From: Stylophora pistillata
Lineage: Eukaryota
Direction: 5' to 3'
Length of the DNA: 64,000 bases
NCBI RefSeq assembly: GCF_002571385.2
Contig: NW_019217970.1
Location: 440,383 to 504,382, forward strand
Shown here: positions 54,687 to 64,000 of the stretch, one piece after another
Position numbering within the stretch: position 1 is the first letter of the stretch
Layout of the letters: each line of letters opens with the position of its first letter
Position numbers and translations under genes: made by a program
Notes under the pieces: generated by a model
Told to the model about the DNA's origin: nothing
The model's database searches: none
The model's input: the letters and a program-made list of their open reading frames with translations, nothing else

Positions 54687-57600
54687 TTCGACTGCTTTCA
54701 GGTTCGTAATTTTTGTAAACACACAATTTTGCCGCGCACCCTTTAAAAAAATGCGATTTGAATTTTTCCGCCTTCGACCAGCTGTCTAGTACTCTTCGAT
54801 CAACTGCAATGAGACACTTTAAAGTTCGCTTAACTTTATTCTTAACTTAGGGGAAGTCCTGTCAGGTGACGCACGAGCCCACTATAAATTGATTCTTTGT
54901 AAAACCTATAAAAAGCCAACCGGAAGCGGATGTTCAATTTGACGCACTGCTTGTTATGCATGACAATAAACTTCCGGTGATTTGAGAGGCAGCCAGATCA
55001 TAGTAGGGTTCGTCATTTCATGAGAATATACTTTGATCTTCTTTTCCTTTTTTACTTTTTTCGTTCAAACAAATTCATTACACATTGATTAAAACAATTG
55101 AACCGCTTTGTCTACACCTGTTATCGATAAAACCACGCTTTCGTCAAATTCAACAAGAGAATCCACTCCCACATGTCGCCAGGCGCCGTTTCAGTAAATT
55201 GGTTGGAAACTAATCGATAAATCCTTCTCGAACAACAATTCTAACGTCTGAAATATTTGTGCGACCTGTTTTATGTGCCCACACCTCACTTCTCCTGTCA
55301 AATACTTCTCTTCGGCTTCCTGTTTGTCGAATTAAAACGTTCATTCATTGACGAGCAATGTGTTATCATGGATGATACTTGATCAGGCCGCCGATCACAT
55401 TCTTTCGGCCGAATCGAGCACTTTTTTCGTGGATCTTAACACAACTTGCTTTTCACCAGCCAGAAAAATTTTTTCATCTCTAAGAAAATGAGAGAGAATT
55501 TTAAATGTACAATTTCCATCTGTTTACACACGATACGATCATAGTCTCCTTTCATTCTAAAATACCTTAAACTGAGCGACGCCGCTGACAAGACACACCG
55601 ATCCAGATCATTATTTTTTTGATATTTTCTGATCCATCAAGGCTACTTTTATTCCAACCAATAATAATGAGACAGATCTTGAAAGGGCAAAGTTTAGTGT
55701 TCCTGTTTGCTTTTTGTTTTCTTTTTTATTGCGGAGGTCTAATTATTTCTCACCTGCCAAAAAATATTTTACTTTTAACAAAAAAAGTTCCCAACCAGGA
55801 TATAAAAGCGCATTATTAAGTTTGTAACTAGACCTTTCACTTTGGTATTTAGCAGTTTACAGCTTATCTGATTCTTTTGATTCCTAAAGCAAAAGGTTCC
55901 CTAGTAAGAACGGTAGATCGCTTTTCTGTGAAGACCTTAATCTGAATAACCCCTTTTCTACTGGGAAGAACGTGGAGCTCACGCGCGAGGCCCTTAGAAG
56001 CGTTCGAGCGCGATTGCTCTCGTGCACCTGGGACGAGTATTACCTGCGGTCACTATATCGTTTTCCTTAAACGGTTAAAATCGATTTCAACACTTCACAA
56101 ACGTTAGGATGAGATGCTCATAGACATGTGGATTTCTGCCGTTGATTATCTTTGTAGGTTAGTCAGTACATCGAAGTAATTCGTTTGCTTGTAGGTTTGT
56201 TTATTGGTCGCTTTGCTTGATTGGTTACCTGTGTTATTTTTGTCAATTTTAAGTTCTTTTGTCAACGTCTTGTCCTTTACATCAGGCAGCAGTTTGTTTG
56301 TTCACTCTTCTTGGTATTAAAGCGGAGTGTCAGGGGGGTGGGGTGGGGTGGACATAAGAAGGTCTTTAACTCCTTGAGGGGGGAAGGGTGGATTTAAGAA
56401 GGTCTTCAACTCCTTAGCAAAAGTACTGGATTGCGACCTGATAAATAGGGCAAGTGAAAACGGAAAACCACATGAGTACCTTACATGTGCGATAAAGAAT
56501 GTGGATGATGTAATTAAGGGTGCGTCGTGGTTTCGTTTCGGTCAACCATAACAAAACGGAGCCTACTCTCCGGGTATTTGTCGTCATGTGATTTCTAAGA
56601 ATGTTCCGCCTTAGCATCAACAAGGTGTAACTAAGAGCTGCTCCATAATAGGGCATAAAGTTGTGTGCGACCGGAAAGAGAGCATTTTTCTTAACTTTAA
56701 AAGAAAAAAAGAGTTCTATGAGACATGGTTTACAGAGCTTACGACTGAACACGAAAGCACTCTGTATCTAGTTGGGAGCATAATTCTTCTGAGCATAAAA
56801 GGGCGTAAGAAAGTTCAACAGAGCAGGAATGCTTGCCAATTAGTTCCGCTTTTGAGAGATCAAAGCAAAATGTTAGTTTGCGAAGGCGGCATAACAATTG
56901 AAAATTTCCAGAAGAGAATTGAAACACTGTTTTTCAAAGTAATGCTCTATAAATTTTATCAATCGGCTCGTAGAGCGTAGATGGGGGTGATCGAGCTTAT
57001 CTGGAACGTTTATGAAACGGTTCGACCCGAAACTGTTCATGTCGTCGATTACTTGTTCTCGAATCATTCTCGCGGCTCGAAAGTAAAACATGACTGCAAG
57101 AATTGACATTTCTGGTACAGGAAGTCGCTATTTTTACGGGGAAAAGCGCATGAAACGAAAAAGCATGAAAAACTATTCTGGGAAATTTCAGTTTCGTTCA
57201 TAATCAAACGGGGGATTCCTTTAACTTCTCAAAACGGAAGTGATTTCTCTTAGCCTCGTTTGTAAGGTAAATTTACTTCCGACCATCTTTGTTGTCATTT
57301 TAGCGGGAAACGAAGGTCGATCGAATCGTTGATCGCGCGCAGTTTTGGAGAAAATGGGAACTTTTCCGTTTTCTGCCATCGTGATTCTTTATTTTGGTTG
57401 TCTACTGTAATCTGGACGTGAATCGAGGAAACAACGCCTTGATGCGGAATTCCATTGGAAAAATCAACAAAAAGTGCTCCAACTAATCAATGTGTTTTGT
57501 TTGAAACGAGGCAATTTCATTCATTCATTTGCATGCGACTTCAGTTCCTTTGTTGGCTAGAAGTTCCAAAATTTTCCGTCTTTTCTCTTTGATTTTAGGG

Positions 57601-57834
57601 TTCGCTCGTTCTTTTTTATTAGAGACTTAAATGCACAGTTCCGAAACGTTTTTCTCCGACTTGCTGAAGCTTGAACGCATTTCCGATCGCCGTTGCTCGT
57701 GAGTTCTGCAATTTTTGCAGTGCTCAAACATGGACGAGATTTTTTCATTCATTTACACCACGTGTTAAAATTTGTACGCGGAAAAGGTTAAAAAATCAAC
57801 CAAGAGCGCGAAATTTTTAGAACCACTTCGAAAG

Positions 57835-60800
57835 ATGGACAGTTTAGCATTCGAGGTAGCACGGAAAAACTCCAAAACGTGCCAAATCGAGGGATGTCAT
57901 GAACTTACAGTTGGTTCTCGAACGACCTTATGCCGAAAGCATCGCAACAATAGGTACAAACAAAATTACAAGAAGAAAAAACGCAAGACCCAAGGATCTG
58001 AAGTAAGTTTTAAATCCCTTTTGCTGATGTTAACATTATCTCTGAGAACTCTTCTTCACATGTGGGAATTTCGATTTAGATAAAATAGCATTTTTGGCAA
58101 ATAACTTCTGGTCACAAGTCACATGTTTTTGTAAAGCACGTTTCCATTTTTCATTCTGTATTGTTTAAACACAAATAGACATCTTATCCTTTTCATTCAA
58201 AGGTGGTATTTTACAGGTTTCTTTGCCTGAGTTCATTAAACATTGATAAATCTAAACGGTATTACCTAACTGTTCATATATTGAGGAATGTAAAGGGAAT
58301 ATTAAATATCCTTGCAATTAATCTGGAATAGGAATTACAAACTTCTAGCTTAAATCGCACTTCTGTTATTCTCTTCACATATTCTTCGCGTTTAGATTTC
58401 GAATACCGTGGAGTTACTTTGAGTATACAACAGCGATTGATCATTTCATAGATAGTCGCCAGTTGAGGCATATGTTCTCTTTGACACAGATAATACCTTT
58501 AATTGAATCAAATTGCAACGACTTATTATCATATCTAAGATTGCTCCGTTGTCAAAGAAAGTTTAGTAGAAGTCAGTTTTAGCTTCATATGCTTCAAAGT
58601 GAAACACAACTTTCAAATGTATCAAATCTGATTTGCTCTCTGTACTTCTGAGTTTCCAAATCCCTGTATCTTTGTATCAGAGAGTTGAAATATAAATTTA
58701 TTTTTGTGTTGAGTTGATATTTAAAATATTTTTGTTGACCAAGGGTTGTTTTGTGCATCTGAATATTTGAAGAAAAGTAGTTTTTACCCTTCTCACCCAC
58801 GAGAAAATGCACACCCACTTGATCGACTTCTAAACAAGTTGTCTTTCTTCAGCAATTCAACCAGTTTTTTTTATGAATTTTTTAACCAAAGCAAAACCTT
58901 CACAAGCAGAGACTTGTTAGACCTGTGTTAGTGCTTGCTCAAGAGAGGTGTTCTTATGACGCTTTCAGTGCACAGATCTAAATATAAATTCTCCACATTG
59001 TATATCATACTCTGTGGTACAATGTTGGCTTTGAAAATTGATGTTAAGTCCAACATTATCCCTTTTTTTTTGTTCTTCTTTCGTCTTGCTACCTTTTAGG
59101 CCAAAGAAGAGTTGATATTGTAAGGACGAATTAGTTTTTGGTTACCCATGGGCATGAGAAGGTTGACCTAGATGAATTTTACAGAAAGAGAGGAAAAAAA
59201 AACTGCATTCTAATATTGGTGATGACTTAGTATGGGACCTGCCCTTTACAAGTACAGTGTTCTTCACAGTGATATAGGATATTTATATGTTACGACTATT
59301 AAGCCTACAATTGATTCATGAAGCATGAATTTTAGAGAAAGGCAAAGTATGCATATTCTCCATACTTTTCTCGTCATTTCCAAAGGTGAAGATAAGTAAA
59401 CTTTTTTTTCAGGAAATACAGAGTGAGTCTCTTGAAAACCAACTTGCAGAAGAAAAATGTTTGATGGAACAGAAATATGCCAGTATGCTGCAACAAGTGT
59501 TGGCGCAGAAGCAGTTGGTAAGTCATAATCGAATAAATCCCCCCCTCTTTTCTGAAAACCAAACCATCATGAGCTTATTCTATATTTGGAGAGCTGTCTT
59601 TAACTCTTAAACTCCCAAGTTCTGATTGTTAAATCTCTTTACTTGTAAGTGAGTTACAAGAATTTGGAGTTAGATCAAAATAATAACTTTCACTTGATAA
59701 GTTTGAGTATTCTCATTACCTGTTTGTTGGATAATGTATGGATATTTTAGAGAGAAGTTGTATTCTAATCACTTCTAAGAGTATAAGCATTAAATTTTCT
59801 TAATTAATCAAAGCTTAAATCCAAAACCCCAATAATCTTTGCCTAGGGAGCCATTAATCTCATCATTATTCAGTGGTATTAACTATGAAATTGATTCAAC
59901 TTTCCAAGGAATTGTTACAATCCGAAAAAGTGATCCAGGTTTTAAGAGCTCACCAAAGGAGAGTCAAAGAAGAAAAAATCAAGGAAATTCAAGAGAGGAA
60001 AGAGAAGAAGGAACATGAGCTACCTAAAGAAACTTTAGATCTAAGTTAGTGTAACATTTTTTTTTTTTTGAAGGAAACAAAGAAATGCTACCCAAAATTT
60101 CAAGGTGAAACAGAGAGAGGTTTTTCCAATCTATTGTCTTGTTTCCAAATAAGTTACTGCAATTTATTTTCTTACTTAAATCATATATACAAATTCAAAC
60201 TACCGATACTTGGGAAATTTTTTGCTGCAAGTTTAAATATTTGCAGAGAAATTCTCAGGGCATCCCTCAAAGTGCTCTTACAGCCTGTGCCAAAATATTT
60301 TGTAGAAACTTGTCGCAAAGGGTGACTAGACCACATAAAACAGTCAATCACATGAGACCTACTTCGAATGGTTAGAATTTAGAGGTCTAAATCTGGAGAA
60401 TCAAAACCTGTGGTTGTTATATGAGAAAGAATCCAGGTGTAGCTGTGTTCATGTGCTCAAAAGGCTGTGTTACAACAGTGTAAAAATCTGTAAAGCATTC
60501 ATTTTTTATACAACATATTTTGATAGGGTCCCATTGCTTGGTTATTGTTATGGCTTTTGGGACGTTCATGCAACTTTTCAAGGCTTACTACTAGGACAGC
60601 AAAAGAAAAAGAGGCAATTTCCTATTGATTCTGTGATGCCTAAGAGTGTCTAACATCTACCAGTAATTTTTCTTTATCACCCCTGAATCAAAACTGAAGG
60701 TTCCATGAATAGGCAAACTGATCACCAACTATAGGAGCTTTTGATTGTTAAACAAATACTCCTGTCAGCACCCGAGGAAATGTAAAGTGAACAGTATGGA

Positions 60801-63214
60801 GAATATGCATACTGATGTTACAGTGTAGAGGGTTAAAGAAAGTAGCAGAGTATAAAATATATTTTCTGAAAAATTATAACTCTCTTTAACTTCAGACAAT
60901 AATACTCTATTATACAAATGTTACAGCATACCAAACTGACCTCTTACGCTGCAAGTTTTGTCACCAAAATCTTTTTTTTAGTTTCCATGGCAACCATAAC
61001 GGTGGCAGTTTTGAGCACAGCGTAAAGAAAGATCCAGACACAAAACACAATTTTTTTGCCTTTAATAAATAGGAACCTTAATTTTTTTAATACTTAGGTT
61101 TGTCATTAAGTGGTGTGGTGAAAGATGGCTTGGTCCCAGAGAAAAGTCCTTCCAAAGCATCAAAAAGTACTAAGAGCTCTGGTAAAACTAACCAGAGCAA
61201 GAAGAACTCTAATAAGGGATCACCCTCTAAAGATGCACGTCTAGGAAATAACCTTTCATTCCCCAGAAACATGGAAAATGTCTCAACACCCCCTTTGCCA
61301 GATTTAGTGCCAGCAGGAATTAGTGTTCCACCTTACCTAGGAAACAGGAATGGAAATTACTCAGGACAAAACCCATATGGTGCCACAGGCTCACCACAGC
61401 TGACTCCAATCCAACCAACCATCATGTCACCTCAGCAGATTCCTAAGATTGAAAAAGTATTTAGTTACCAACCAGCATTGAGCGCTGTTAGTAATTCCTC
61501 CAAAGTTTGCGTGGATGCAGCTGTTAAAGACCTTTCTCCTGGAAATCATGGAAAAGGTGTTGCAGTTTCCAGCAATCAACCTAGGCCAGCTCCTGGTGGG
61601 ATTTCCCAACACTCAGCCACAGATATGAACAATTTAATGTTACTTAGCTCCAAAGCTGCGCAGAGTACTCAAACCAGACTACTGCAGAATTTACTGCCTT
61701 ACCCAACAGTCCACAGTACCATTCTCAGTAGCACAAATATCACCTCCCAAGCAGGGCAAACAAGGCCGTCTTATCAAAATATGATGACGCCATGCTCATC
61801 AACATCTGTATCAACTGGAGGAAGCTCCTCTATCGGTGCAGGGATGCCGCACCAACGTCAAATGAGTTTTCCAATCACAAACTTTAGCCAGACAATGTCA
61901 CTGCCAAATAACAGTCAGATTGTAACTACAGGAACATGTACACAAACTCACCTATCAAGCCAGGTAAGGTTCAACGGACAGCCTCATTTTATTTTTAACT
62001 GTTTTGGGGTGATAGGTGTTTTATCAACACTTTAACTCCTGGAAGTGGTTAACATGTAACTTCTCCTTACAATATCCATACCTTATCCAGCAAACGCACA
62101 AAGAGAAGTTAGCAATCAGATCTTGGCAGTTAAAAGGTAAATATCAAAGGAGTGGATGATGTTTACCGAACTGAAAAAAACTTATTCAGGAATAGTCTCT
62201 TAGGGATGAATGACAAGATGGAATTGATTGCTGAAAACAATCCAAATCAACTCTGAGAGTTTAGAATTTATAATGTCCACACGAGAGACTAAATGGGTAG
62301 AAACTGGAACTGTTTAATGGTCGATCACTAGCATAACAACTAACATTTGCCATGTTCTTTTTTTTTACTCCTAATGCACATGCCTTATGATAACTCGACC
62401 GCTGACCTTGAACATTACAGAATTGTTGCTCATTCCCCTTTTAAAGAGAAAAGAAAGAATGGAACACAATTTCAGAAAGTTCTGTTGATAATTTAGATTT
62501 ACCTACCACTGTCAAGGGTTGCAGTTTCTTTTTCTGGATATTCAGTGAACAATTTGATCACATCATTCGTGTTATAGTTTTTTCATGTTATGTATTTGTT
62601 TTAGTAATTTAACACACCTAACTGAATTTTGAACTTGTCATAGTATGCCTTGAAGTTAATAAACAAGCAAACAAACAGCTAGTGATGGTGTGAGAATGTA
62701 ATAACCTCAGCTTTTATGTTACTCAAGAGAACAATTAAAAGTTAGGTCTGTTTTGCTTTGTTTTACTTGGGAAACAAGGTGACCTAATGGCTAGTGCTCC
62801 AGACTCCACATCAAGAGGTCTGGGTTCAAGAGCTGGCTGGGTCATTTTGTTGTGTTCTTGGGCAAAACACTTTACTTTCACAGTGTCTCTTTCCACTTGG
62901 GAGTGTAACTGGATACCAGTAAATTGTCAGGGAATCTCAGTGAAATTCTGGGGGGTAATGTTCTAATGAACTGGATTTCCATCAAGAGGGCTGTAGTAAC
63001 ACTTATAGTTGTTTCATGCTAAGAAAACCAGGATATAAAGCTCTGGCTAAATGGATGACTTGGTGCAAGTGCAGACTTTATCCTTTACCTTTTTTTTTCT
63101 GTTTACACTTTGACTAAGCAGCTTGATGCATCACAAAACTGGTCAAACCGGATGGCACAGGGAAGGCTGCAGGCTCCTTCAGTACAGGATGACTTTCTGC
63201 TTCAGATGCTTCAG
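57835..63214 (+). CDS. RFXAP: RFXAP-like (regulatory factor X-associated protein) gene with a long S/P/Q/T-rich C-terminal extension; 3' end not resolved in the window
   Basis: Exons 57835-58002, 59413-59517, 59909-60044, 61098-61963 and 63119-63214 are phase-compatible. SKTCQIEGC..LCRKHRNNRYKQNYKKKK and SMLQQVLAQKQLELLQSEKVIQVLRAHQ resemble human RFXAP SKTCTYEGC..MCKKHRNKMYKDKYKKKK and TLLEQVLNQKRLSLLRSPEVVQFLQKQQ (recalled). Confidence 0.75.
62775..63090 (+). mobile_element. Diverged near-full-length copy of the SINE seen at 27357
   Basis: tRNA-like head (GGTGACCTAATGGCTAGTGCTCC..GGGTTCAAG), body TTGTGTTCTTGGGCAAAACACTTTACT..CACAGTG and tail CAGACTTTATCCTTTACCTT. Confidence 0.7.
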
Positions 63215-64000
63215 GTAAATGAATTGTATCTATTTTTGTGTCACCTTTTCATTGATTTATTGGTATTTTAGCCTTATGATTAGCATTAGATTATTGATTT
63301 ATTGGTATTTTAGCCTTGTGATTAGCACACAGAGGTTAGTTGTTGGAAAGGCTTCATTGCTGATCCACTAGACTCAGTTGCTGTTGAAAAAAGGTATTTT
63401 AATGTTTTGAACAACAAGGTATTGGATTCTAAATATAGGAATCTTTTTTGAGCCTCAGATTTTGTTACTCTCATGGGCAAGACACTTTTTCATAACACTG
63501 CTTCCCTTCATTCTAACACTTAAAGTGGGTAATAGCATTCTACATGAACAATGTTACAGAATGCTTTGGGGCACCCATGGACTACCACTCATCTCAGGAG
63601 AATAAATAGGTAAAGCCAGCTCGGTGACCAGGAGTGCTGCAAGCAGATAGGATCCAAGTCCATTTCAAAGTTACCTCTCAGCATTTTGCTTTGTTTCCCT
63701 GGTAATGTTTGGTACTAATTTGTACATCAAACTAAAGAGAGGCCCTGTGAACGTTTGGTATCTTACCCAAGAACACAAAACAGTAGTTAGCTCAAAGCTT
63801 AATCTAAGTCCTTCAATCTGGTGTTCAGTGGGTTAATTACAAGGTCGTTCAGTAGGCCCCTTCAAGGATAGCCAAACTACAGGTGGCTGGTAATGGGTGG
63901 CTTGGGTTGTATATGACACACCTCCCTTACCCCTTTCTTTCTTTGTTTAGGTAATATTTTCTCTTTAGGTAACAAAAAAAGAAATCTTTCAATTTTTTCC

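Overview
Eukaryotic, AT-rich, intron-containing animal DNA. The repeat families and gene content suggest a cnidarian, probably a stony coral (inference). Gene order: 3' half of YIPF5 (+), TMEM185 (+), DPH3/KTI11 (-), an INF2-type formin (+, about 13.3-45.4 kb), a TLC-domain membrane protein (-), and the 5' part of an RFXAP-like gene (+). The main observation is the formin's architecture. Six diverged, intact, tandem copies of the exon encoding the N-terminal ~125-135 aa (W-x-x-L helix plus first half of the DID/GBD) lie between 13344 and 29637. Each starts with its own ATG and ends in a phase-1 G|GT donor at the same homologous codon. All six fit one shared acceptor at 31341, which leads into a single constant region (rest of DID, FH1, FH2, WH2/DAD). 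This variable-first-exon/constant-region layout resembles clustered protocadherins or UGT1A, but here in an actin nucleator. Two alternative C-termini are also plausible. Introns and spacers hold hairpin MITEs, SINEs, tRNA-derived repeats and LINE 3' fragments. Homology calls come from recalled protein sequences, not from database searches.
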